DNA of 64,000 nt from Antedon mediterranea. Its lineage: Eukaryota > Animalia > Echinodermata. The translations under genes and the position numbers were made by a program. The notes below the pieces were generated by a model. The model saw only the letters and a list, made by a program, of their open reading frames with translations. It was not told the DNA's origin and did no database searches. The stretch is from contig NC_092678.1 of assembly GCF_964355755.1 (NCBI RefSeq), forward strand, positions 19,175,365 to 19,239,364, written 5' to 3'. Below are positions 12,801 to 25,100 of this stretch, piece after piece; position 1 is the stretch's first letter; each line of letters begins with the position of its first letter.

Positions 12801-15790
12801 TTTCGACTCTGCGCATGTTTATTATGCTATAGTAACCATTTATGTCAAAAAATAAAAAGTGTCGAAAAATGGCCATTTTTCGAAAATTTCCTGTACTATA
12901 GTACAGGGAATTTTTTCCAAAAATGAGCAAATTTCGACCTTTTTATTTTCGATAAAACTGGTTACTATAGCACAATTGACATGCACAGAACCCAATTTTC
13001 GACTCTGCACATGTTTATTATTCTATAGTAACCATTTGTCAACAAATAAAAGGGTCGAAAAATTACCATTTTTCGAAAATTTCCCTGTACTATAGTACAG
13101 GGATTTTTTCAAAAATGAGCAAATTTCGACCTTTTTATTTTTGGATAAAACTGGTTACTATAGCATAATTGACTTGCGCATAACCCTATTTTTGACTCTG
13201 CGCATGTTTATTATGCTATAGTAACCATTTATGTCAAAAAATAAAAGGGTCGAAAAATGGCCATTTTTCGAAAATGTTCCTGTACTATAGTACAGGGATT
13301 TTTTCCAAAAATGAGCAAATTTCGACCTTTTTATTTTCGATAAAACTGGTTACTATAGCACAAATGACATGCGCAGAACCCAATTTTCGACTCTGTGCAT
13401 GTTTATTATGCTATAGTAACCATTTATGTCAAAAAATAAAAGGGTCGAAAAATTGCCATTTTTTGAAAATTTCCTTGTACTATAGTACAGGGATTTTTTT
13501 CCAAAATGGGCAAATTTCGACCTTTTTATTTTCGATAAAACTGGTTATTATAGCATAATTGACATGCGCAGAACCCAACTTTCGACTCTGCGCATGTTTA
13601 TTATGCTATAGTAACCATTTATGTCAAAAAATAAAAGGGTCGAAAAATGGCCATTTTTCGAAAATGTTCCTGTACTATAGTACAGGGATTTTTTCCAAAA
13701 ATGAGCAAATTTCGACCATTTTATATTTCGATAAAACTGGTTACTATAGCATAATTGACATGCGCAAAACCCAATTTACGACTCTGCGCATGTTTATTAT
13801 GCTATAGTAACCATTTATGTCAAAAAATAAAAGGGTCGAAAAATTGCCATTTTTTGAAAATTTCCTTGTACTATAGTACAGGGATTTTTTTCCAAAATGG
13901 GCAAATTTCGACCTTTTTATTTTCGATAAAACTGGTTATTATAGCATAATTGACATGCGCAGAACCCAACTTTCGACTCTGCGCATGTTTATTATGCTAT
14001 AGTAACCATTTATGTCAAAAAAAAAAAGGGTCGAAAAATGGCCATTTTTCGAAAATTTCCCTGTAGTATAGTACAGGGATTTTTTCAAAAAAAGAGCAAA
14101 TTTTGACCTTTTTATATATCGATAAAAATGGTTACTATAGCATAAATGACATGCGCAGAACCCAATTTTCAACTCTGCGCATGTTTATTATGCTATAGTA
14201 ACCATTTATGTCAAAAAATAAAAGTTCAAAAAATGGCCATTTTTCGAAAATTTCCCTGTACTATAGTACAGGGATTTTTTCAAAAATTGGCAAATTTCGA
14301 CCTTTTTATTTTCAATAAAACTGGTTACTATAGCATAATTGACATGTGCAGAAGCCAATTTTCGACTCTGCGCATGTTTATTATGCTATAGTAACCATTT
14401 ATGTCAAAAAATAAAAGTGTCGAAAAATGGCCATTTTTCGAAAATTTCCTGTACTATAGTACAGGGAATTTTTTCCAAAAATGAGCAAATTTCGACCTTT
14501 TTATTTTCGATAAAACTGGTTACTATAGCACAATTGACATGCACAGAACCCAATTTTCGACTCTGCACATGTTTATTATTCTATAGTAACCATTTGTCAA
14601 CAAATAAAAGGGTCGAAAAATTACCATTTTTCGAAAATTTCCCTGTACTATAGTACAGGGATTTTTTCAAGAATGAGCAAATTTCGACCTTTTTATTTTT
14701 GGATAAAACTGGTTACTATAGCATAATTGACTTGCGCATAACCCTATTTTTGACTCTGCGCATGTTTATTATGCTATAGTAACCATTTATGTCAAAAAAT
14801 AAAAGGGTCGAAAAATGGCCATTTTTCGAAAATGTTCCTGTACTATAGTACAGGGATTTTTTCCAAAAATGAGCAAATTTCGACCTTTTTATTTTCGATA
14901 AAACTGGTTACTATAGCACAAATGACATGCGCAAAACCCAATTTTCGACTCTGTGCATGTTTATTATGCTTTAGTAACCATTTATGTCAAAAAATAAAAG
15001 GGTCGAAAAATGGCAATTTTTCGAAAATTTTCCTGTACTATAGTACAGGGAATTTTTTCCAAAAATGAGCAAATTTCGACCTTTTTATTTTCGATAAAAC
15101 TGGTTACTATAGCACAATTGACATGCACAGAACCCAATTTTCGACTCTGCACATGTTTATTATTCTATAGTAACCATTTATGTCAAAAAATAAAAGGGTC
15201 GAAAAATTACCATTTTTCGAAAATTTCCCTGGGGATTTTTTCAAAAAATTGGCAAATTTCAACCTTTTTATTTTCAATAAAACTGGTTACTATAGCATAA
15301 TTGACATGTGCAGAAGCCATTTTTCGACTCTGCGTATGTTTATTATGCTATAGTAACCATTTATGTCAAAAAATAAAAGGGTCGAAAAATGGCCATTTTT
15401 CGCAAATTTTCCTGTACTATAGTACAGGGAATTTTTTCCAAAAATGAGCAAATTTCGACCTTTTTATTTTCGATAAAACTGGTTACTATAGCACAATTGA
15501 CATGCACAGAACCCAATTTTCGACTCTGCACATGTTTATTATTCTATATTAACCATTTATGTCAAAAAATAAAAGGGTCGAAAAATTACCATTTTTCGAA
15601 AATTTCCCTGGGGATTTTTTCAAAAAATTTGCAAATTTCGACCTTTTTATTTTCTATAAAACTGGTTACTATAGCATAATTGACATGCGCAGAACCCAAT
15701 TTTCGACTCTGCGCATGTTTATTATGCTATAGTAACCATTTATGTCAAAAAATAAAAGTGTAAAAAATGGCCATTTTTTCGAAACATTTT
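9221..15790. repeat. ~195-bp palindromic satellite array (~32 monomers) with higher-order repeats
   Basis: Monomer holds two symmetry centres: ggttactatagcataattgacatgcgcaga...tctgcgcatgtttattatgctatagtaacc and the perfect palindrome tccctgtacta|tagtacaggga; variant patterns recur at 1359 and ~1559 bp offsets. Confidence 0.97.
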
Positions 15791-16097
15791 TTTATAGATT
15801 TGTCGAAAAACGCCCATGGTGTCATGAGGTCACTTTATGTTGACAAATTAAAATAACAGAGGAAACGAGAAATGTTTCGGTTTTTTTTCAAAATCACGTT
15901 GGTTAAACATTATTTATTATTTAGTATAACAAATCGTTCGTTTTCTACTTACGAATAAGACGGCTGCTATTGTTATTAGACTTGATATTTTGTCAAGACG
16001 AATAGTTTTAATAATATGAAACAAGAATTTGTTTCGAAAGTTTTTAAGCATATAAAAACGTATGACTTTTCTTTGTCATATTTAGTAAAATTCTTTC

Positions 16098-16163
16098 TTA
16101 TATTTCTCCTGTAGCAAGATATGGTCGCACAAACCCCGTTGAATGATTCTGATTTGTATTGCT
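16098..16163 (-). CDS. Probable last exon 49 ([21 protein letters not shown])
   Basis: ttttcag acceptor in phase 0, TAA at 16100-16098, AATAAA on the minus strand at 15918-15913; an alternative acceptor exists at 16590. Confidence 0.6.
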   Translation of the reverse strand, partial: SNTNQNHSTGFVRPYLATGEI

Positions 16164-19100
16164 CTGAAAATAAATAAATAATTAAAACTAAATGCTAGGA
16201 AATGTCAGAATTTAAATGGAGTATGTAGGGCCAGTTTCTACTAAGCGAAAGATTCTGGAATTTTTCAGTATTTTGAAAATAATTAGTCTTGCTACATTAG
16301 ATCAAAGGTTTTATGTTTGGTTGCGAAACCACGCACCTACTGTAACCGCAACTAGTATGAAATTGTCGCAGCCAATCTTAAGATCAATGGAAAGATTCCT
16401 AACTTTGTTTTCTCTTTTGTGAGACTCAGTCACCTTTATTTCATATTTTTGTTACATACTAATTTTGAATAAATACATTTTTGCGTGATCAATTAGTTCT
16501 TGTTTCTCTTATTTTGTTTTTGCGTTAATACCGATTATAATATAACACCACAGGCGTCAAACATTAATTTTAAACCACCCCGGTAATATTCTGAAAATTA
16601 ATTATGGAATATATATACATTTCTTTTTAAAGTTAGGTTTCCCATTTGTCATAAATTTCTTATATTTGGGAAGCGAGCTTAGATTGAATGAATAATAGTG
16701 GCGTGAAAACCGTTAAATACATTATAGAACTTACTTCTGTCATTGTTGTGTTTCTTTGAAATCTTTCTTCAAGTTGAGCAAGTATTACAGACTCGGATGT
16801 CTCAGAAGATGAGTCTTCTAAACCTCGTTTAAACATTTTAAGTTTATGTATACGTTTCCAGTACGTATACGCGGCAATGGTAAGTGATCCCAAAATGATG
16901 GTTAAAATAACGATACACACAACTATAACTACAATCAGCAGAGTCATGATGTCTGAAAGAAAAAAAAAAAGAAAAATAATGGTACTGATATAATGTAACA
17001 TTGAGTATAAGATCTAGACGTGTTTTGACATAATAATTAGTAAAAAGATAAATAGTTTGGCACTAATGGCGTTTCATACATATACTACGTGAGCGCTTCA
17101 AAAATCGAAAGGCCGACTGGTGGACTAACATAGAATATAACATGGACAAGACAATAACTATACGTATTTTATCTATAGGCCTATAGACACATTTATTTAA
17201 AGTTTATATACTGTATATACAATACCTATATAAAAAACATGGTTCTAACCTTCTATTAACTCTATACAATTATTTTTTTTATAGAAGTGTATTAAGCATT
17301 TTTCTACGAGGACTCATCTCAAAGGAAGGAAAACATCTTAAATATTAATAATTATTTCATTATCATACTTACCATTTTCGTGTTGACATATGTCTCCACT
17401 ATATCCTTTTAGACATGTACACGTGACTGTAAAATCTAAACTATCATATATACAAGTTCCACCGTTATTGCAATAGTCAGGTGTACACTCGATTAAATCT
17501 AAAATGAGAAAATATTATTGGTTAATAAAAAAAGAATATATTACTTAATTACAATAGTATAAGCATAGACCTATTATAAATTTTATAAGTCATGTTACAA
17601 AATACGACAATACACAACAATAACTGCTATTCTTTATTGAATGCGTGTTATACTTATTGCGTTATGTCGTCTAGTTACATTATTCGAACTTTATTTACAA
17701 CATGACCGATTCAGTACCAACCAGTAAAGAACAATTTTTTACGCTTATACACTTTGTAACGTTTTATATAAATTGATCATACATACCAAGGAATAACTAG
17801 CACCAATTCGAATGAAAAAGAAAAAGAAGAAAAAGAATAAAAAGAAGAAAAAGAAGAAAAAGAAGAAAAAAAAGAAAAAGAAAAACAAGAAGAAGAAAAA
17901 AAAGAAGTAAAACAAGAAGAAAATGAAGAAGAAAAAGAAGAAAAAGAAGAAAAAAAAACAAGAAAAGAAGAAGAAGAAGAAAAACAAGAAAATGAAGAAG
18001 AAAAAGAAGAAGAAAAAAAAAAAGAAAAAGAAAAACAATAAGAAGAAAAACAAGAAGAAGAAAAACAAGAAGAAAAACAAGAAGAAGAAAAACAATAAGA
18101 AGAAAAACAATAAGAAGAAAAACAAGAAGAAGAAAAACAATAAGAAGAAAAACAAGAAGAAGAAAAACAAGAAGAAGAAAAACAAGAAGAAGAAAAACAA
18201 TAAGAAGAAAAAGAAGAAGAAAAAAAAAAAAAGAAAAAGAAAAACAATAAGAAGAAAAACAATAAGAAGAAAAAAAAGAAGAAGAAAAACAAGAAGAAGA
18301 AAAACAATAAGAAGAAAAACAAGAAGAAGAAAAAAAAGAAGTAAAACAAGAAGAAAATGAAGAAGAAAAAGAAGAAAAAGAAGAAAAAAAAACAAGAAAA
18401 GAAGAAGAAGAAGAAAAACAAGAAAATGAAGAAGAAAAAGAAGAAGAAAAAAAAAAAGAAAAAGAAAAACAATAAGAAGAAAAACAAGAAGAAGAAAAAC
18501 AAGAAGAAGAAAAACAAGAAGAAGAAAAACAATAAGAAGAAAAACAATAAGAAGAAAAACAAGAAGAAGAAAAACAATAAGAAAAAAAAAAAGAAAAAGA
18601 AAAACAATAAGAAGAAAAACAAGAAGAAGAAAAACAAGAAGAAGAAAAACAAGAAGAAGAAAAACAATAAGAAGAAAAACAATAAGAAGAAAAACAATAA
18701 GAAGAAAAACAATAAGAAGAAAAACAAGAAGAAGAAAAACAAGAAGAAGAAAAACAAGAAGAAGAAAAACAAGAAGAAGAAAAACAAGAAAAAGAAAAAC
18801 AAGAAGAAGAAAAACAAGAAGAAGAAAAACAAGAAGAAGAAAAACAAGAAGAAGAAAAAGAAGAAGAAAAAAAAAAAAAAAAGAAAAACAATAAGAAGAA
18901 AAACAATAAGAAGAAAAAAAAGAAGAAGAAAAAAAAGAAGAAGAAAAACAAGAAGAAGAAAAACAAGAAGAAGAAAAACAATAAGAAGAAAAACAAGAAG
19001 AAGAAAAACAAGAAGAAGAAAAACAATAAGAAGAAAAACAATAAGAAGAAAAACAAGAAGAAGAAAAACAAGAAGAAGAAAAACAAGAAGAAGAAAAACA

Positions 19101-22100
19101 AAAAGAAGAAAAACAATAAGAAGAAAAACAAGAAGAAGAAAAACAAGAAGAAGAAAAACAAGAAGAAGAAAAACAAGAAGAAGAAAAACAATAAGAAGAA
19201 AAACAAGAAGAAGAAAAACAAGAAGAAGAAAAACAAGAAGAAGAAAAACAAGAAGAAGAAAAAAAAGAAGAAGAAAAAAAAGAAGAAGAAAAAAAAGAAG
19301 AAGAAAAACAAGAAGAAGAAAAACAAGAAGAAAAACAAGAAGAAGAAAAACAAGAAGAAGAAAAACAAGAAGAAGAAAAACAAGAAGAAGAAAAACAAGA
19401 AGAAGAAAAACAAGAAGAAGAAAAACAAGAAGAAGAAAAACAAGAAGAAAAAAAACAAGAAGAAGAAAAACACGAAGAAGAAAAACAAGAAGAAGAAAAA
19501 CAAGAAGAAGAAAAACAAGAAGAAGAAAAACAAGAAGAAGAAAAACAAGAAGAAGAAAAACAATAAGAAGAAAAACAATAAGAAGAAAAAGAAGAAGAAG
19601 AAAAACAATAAGAAGAAAAACAAGAAGAAGAAAAACAATAAGAAGAAAAACAAGAAGAAGAAAAACAATAAGAAGAAAAACAAGAAGAAGAAAAACAAGA
19701 AGAAGAAAAACAAGAAGAAATACAAGAAGAAAGAAGAAAACGATACAAGATACCATTGTTAGGCCTACCTTTAGCAGTTACTGATTCAGCATTTACTGTC
19801 AGTCGACCAGCGTTTTCCGAACCATTTTTTATAGCAAAGGCCAAATCTTCAGCTGTGTAGACAGTTTCAGGTTGTAAGCCAATCTCCAATACCGCAACCA
19901 CGCTACCACTTTCAAAACGTACAGCCGCACACGTTCTCAAGTCGGTAAAAACTCCGTCGTCTGCTACCGTATTGTCTACCTAAAGTGTAACAATAGGTGC
20001 ATTCAACTAATCCTGTCTATCTTGTTATTATAACAAATCAAATCAATATTACTGTAGAAAAACTTTACTTCAATCTAAGAATTGATGCTTCATAACTATG
20101 ATTTTAGTAATAATAAGCCTACGTTCTGTTGGAAACATATATACATATATTGTTTTATAATTGTTTCTTCCTCTAGTGAGAAAAGTATTACTTCTAACTA
20201 GAGCCCATAATAATGTTTTTATTCGAATTTATACCCATATATGTTGTTTCTGTCATTATTATAAAAATAAATGTTCAAGAAACTAAAAGTAAAAGCATCC
20301 AACTTGATTACAACGGCACATCGAATAATTTACCCAGAGTGCTTATAATACCCCTTTCACACCAAAACTCCGGAGTGTCTCCGGAGACACCCCGGGGTTT
20401 ATGACCATTCAAAACGTCGAGAAACTCCGGAGATACCCCTTTCACACCAACCTAGCAACACCGGAGTTTATAAAATAAAATTGTAAATGTCGCCCTCTAT
20501 TTTGTTTGTTTACATCGCGACGATCATTAGAATCATTTTAATTAATAATATTTTAAATTTAATAATTACTTTCAAAAGTCTCAGAAGTAATATAATGTTT
20601 TATTTATACTATTTATTATTTTCTAGACCCGCTATATATTTTTTACAAATATTTATGGTGTTTTAAAATAAAACTAAATAAATAATTGATTGCGAGGATA
20701 ACCTTTTGACCCGAAACACTCCGGAGTTTGATGTTCGTACCTTTCACACCAAAACACCGGGGTGTCCCCGCAGTTCGCTCTCCGGAGAATGTTCAGCTGT
20801 TCAACCCCGCAGTTTTAAACTCCGGAGTTGCTTGATTTTACCTTTCACACCAAACAGCGGGGCGTCAACTCCGGGGTGTCTCCGGAGTTTTGCTTTTGGT
20901 GTGAAAGGGGTATTAGAGCAAACTACAAGCAAAATATAAACAAGTTCATATTCAGAATTCGGTAAGAATAGAACCCTGTAAGGAATACTGCGAATGATTT
21001 GATGCTACTTACTGCCTCGCATGATAACATTTCATATTCTTTATAAATCGATGACGTAGGGTCGTCCAAATCAACAACGTATTCTGCTGTCGTGCCATCG
21101 ACTAAATCAATAGTGAATATGACGATCACCAACTTATATTCAATATCTAAAATCCATTGAAAAATGTAGTTAGTCATATGAGCTTAAAAGACACAACTTA
21201 CATATATCTATGAATTGTAATTGTTTTTAAACTACTGCGGAGTAGCTTTGCGTCAGGGAGTTGAGTAATTGGTCAGATGTTAAATTACACATTACGTCAG
21301 AGTAGGGCAAAACATCTGACCAATATATCTATGAAATTACGAAGATACCGACCGTTTTGTTCCATATACGACACCACTTTTTTGGTATCAAATTGATACA
21401 TTAAAACAAATATATGCACTAAAGCGTGGTTCCCACCAGAAACGCAACGTAACGCGAAGACGTATTGTATAAATGGGAAGCGACGACGTAACAGTGCTGC
21501 AAACATAGCAGGTTTGATTTAACGTAGATGGTGCAAACACAATTATTGGTTGCATTACGTTGCTAGAGGGAACCAAGCTTACTTTACCTGCCTTCGATAC
21601 ATATTCCATTCAACATTTTGTAATTTTGCTGACATGAGCACTGATAACTCCCAACTGTATTTAAGCAATCCTCATTTTCACCACACACAGAATCTCCAGA
21701 TATACATTCATCAATATCTAAAAAATAGTGTCATAGAATTTGTTATATTTAAAATATACATATTATTTGAAAGTTTTCCTGTATTCATTTTGCATTTCTG
21801 TATTTCTTTACATTGAGTTAAACTGTATACACATCAGATGACATAACCAATTATCGATCAAATTTTCGACAAAACGATCATTGTGTCGACAAAACGACAA
21901 TTTCGTCAGCAAAACGACAACTATTTTGCTTGAAAAGAGACTATTTTGTTTGGAAAGAGACCATTTTGTTTGAAAAGAGACTATTTTTTTTTTTAAAGAC
22001 CATTTTGTCGACAAGACAACTGTCTTCGATAAGATGAGAATTTGTTTGGAAAACAGACCATGTTGTCGACAACACGAGCATTTTGCCGGCAAAACGACCA

Positions 22101-25100
22101 TTTGTCGACAAGACAACCATTTTTTCGGTTAACAAAACTATTTTGTCGACAGCACGACTACTTTGTTGACAATACGATCAATATAAGTGTATTTCAGAAC
22201 AGAACGACAGATTTTGTAGAGAAAAACGACCATTTTGTGGACAACCAATTTAGAATTGCCTTTACAAGCTAACTTCTTTTATACGTACAGCTGCACTTGC
22301 ACATAATAAGTTGACGAGAATTACCTATACAGGAATCTGCCAATTGCTCAAATCCCATTCTACAATCTTCACAGCTAAACAAGCCATCACTTATAAATAC
22401 ACAACGGGTAAAATTTACAGAAAAGCAGTCATGTGTTCCTTCAGCGCACGGATCAGTGACTAAAGTGATAAATATAACAAATGAATGTTGTCAAAAATTG
22501 CACCATTACCTCATTTCCAGAACAATCTCTTGTAGATAGCTTCAAAATCACAGATTCATTCAGATACCAAATTTTGCTTTTCAGACGAAAATGAAATAAA
22601 GGTATATATGTTTACCTGGTTCGGTGACAACAACTTCCTGGCTAGCAACAACGCTATCAGGCGGAAGAAGTACATCATCAACCAATCCATTCGAAAATGC
22701 TATTTCTATATCGGCCATTGTGATGTCTGAGTTCAGGGCAAGATCTACCCTGAAGGTGACTTGAATTATATTAAGAATGGATGCATAGGTATCCACATTT
22801 ACATCTTGAATGGAATTCGATATACTGGTCGTATTCAGTAAGTTTAATACCTAATTGAAATTAAACACAAACTTTGTTCTTATTATAACCTTATTATATG
22901 AAATTTGAAAAATTAAATTGATTTTAAATTGTTAAAAAAGGCCTTAATAAGGTACATGGTTGAAAGTGCCAAGTAAAGCACGTGGGAATTAACTGTAGAT
23001 ATAATAAAACTGATATTCCAACCTGGGATATCAAAGTTATTACTATCTCATTATTATTAAACAACTTCTTTTCTTCCGAACGTCTAACATAACTTACCAA
23101 AACATACACTTTAAATATATCATCCAAATACTAAACAATACTTTAAACAAGGATGTATCAAACAAACACAACACATTTCACTGTCGAACACTCTAGGTTA
23201 ACCAATTTCTCAGCAGCTGGTGGAAAGGTTTGCTCGTCCCTTTACAAAATGATTATTGTACAGTATCAGATAATGCCTGTATCAACCAACCTCCAGAACC
23301 CAACCTCCTCAATATATCTTTCATACATTAAATATACACAGCAAGAGAGCAGAATTGAAATATGGACACATACTGTACAGCACTGTGTCGCTTCAAACAC
23401 ACAACATTACTTTGCCGAACACTCTAGGCTAACCAATGATCAAAACAACTGGTGGATACTTTGCCAATGCATTATTATACAAGCGCAAGTTTCTCTTGAT
23501 TCTTGAGGGAAGTCAAGAGGCAGCATCAGAATGCGAATGCAGAAACATACATTTTCTTCCATCAGGAATGTTAGAGAAACAAAAGACTATCAACTGATGT
23601 TGGTTAGTAAATAGATAAATTGAGAAACGTACATCGTATGCAAGAGCTTTTCTTATTGTCTCAGATTCCATAATATCTGGGTTAAATGAGACACGTGTTC
23701 CTTTGATGTCTGTAAAGTTTACCGACAGTGATCTTGATATGGCTTCTATAGCATTAAAAAACATACAATTAAGTACAGTCAATGATTGTAAGTAAAAAAC
23801 TAAGTAAAAGAAACTAAAAATGTTGGACTTAATGTATACGTAAATGCATACAGGTCCGTGTGTATTCTCAACATTTACATGTTGTATACTTCCATCTTCT
23901 TTCTTTCTCAGTTGTTTAATTTGCTATTAAACCTTTTCAAAATATGCCAAAAATGTATAGGCCTACTGAATAATGCTAAAAATGTGCTTCATAATAAATG
24001 CCTTTATCTTAAATCCATTGAAGAACCAGCATGGATATGTAAGTATTATTTTTTTAAATAATAAATTATTTTTTGTTTAATTCTACTCCTACTGTATAGT
24101 ACAAAAAAAAAGAAAAAAAGTTCATACATATTTTATGGAACTAGAAAACCACGATGTAACTGATAAAAACTTACCTAAACACGTGTCACCAGACATAACG
24201 TAATTGTTCGCACAAATACATTCAAATCCTCCTTCTGTGTTGACACATATTTTGTTTTCATTCACAGAACAAGGAACAGATGTAGAACATTCATCAATAT
24301 CTATTAAATATTCCCAGTATATATAAGAATTAAATAATGTTTAACGTAAAGTTTAAATGTGTGAGGAGTTGCTGTTAGAACATAGTTGACTTACTTACCA
24401 GTACAGCTATAACCATTTCCGGCAAAGCCGTCTTTACATAAACATGTGTAATTTCCATCTATATCTGTGCATATAGCATTTGATGAACAAGTGTCAATGT
24501 TTAATGTACACTCGTCTATATCTGTGATAGAAAAATAAGGTATGGTGTTTCAGAAAAGTCTGTCAAACGTTAGGTTAAGAATTTATTGGATAATCGTTAA
24601 TACACTTGAACGATTTATAACAACTAACAATAATGTCAGCAACAACAAATCGAATCGTTTTAATTCTAATCCTAACACTAATATTACAACACTAATCCCA
24701 ACCCTAATTGTAATCTAATCTGCTAACATTAATCCCAATCCTAACACTAATCTCCAAACACTAATCCTAATCACTAACTTTACTGTAAGTCTACCAAGTC
24801 TTCATTTTAACGGTCCAAAAATGACATTGTATGGGTAAAACTTACTAATGCACTTCCCAGTGGTTGCACTGCCTCCCTGATCGTTAAAGAAGCCTTCGTT
24901 GCAGAAGCATGCATACGATCCATCGGTGTTGGAGCACATTGCATTTGAATCACAATCATTTGTACCATCGCATTCGTTCTGATCTGTTTAGCAATATGAA
25001 ACATTATCAAATATATCTTAACCTTTAACCTCAACTACACAGAACTTTTATTATATCTCTTTTAAATCATAGGCATAGTCTCAATGAGAGGTGCAACAAG

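Noticed and set aside
9262-15679. Many similar 60-100 aa ORFs (MTCAEPNLRLC...)
   Set aside because: Translations of satellite monomers; frame shifts freely at homopolymer indels; no protein motif
9221-15790. CRISPR-like appearance of palindromic repeats
   Set aside because: No unique spacers, ~195-bp units, eukaryotic context, no cas genes
8925-15846. 10-bp direct repeat atgttgacaa (8925-8934 and 15837-15846) flanking the satellite as a possible TSD
   Set aside because: Sequences just inside it are not inverted repeats; may be chance in AT-rich DNA
16570-16590. Alternative last exon of the mosaic gene (ttttcag|NITGVV*)
   Set aside because: Possible but only six codons; the 16098-16163 exon is longer and nearer the poly(A) signal; needs transcript data
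17745-19784. Long ORFs (475-731 aa) of poly-K/R, poly-F/L and SSSCF repeats
   Set aside because: Produced by the stop-poor 15-bp GAA minisatellite inside an intron; only 19769-19979 is real exon
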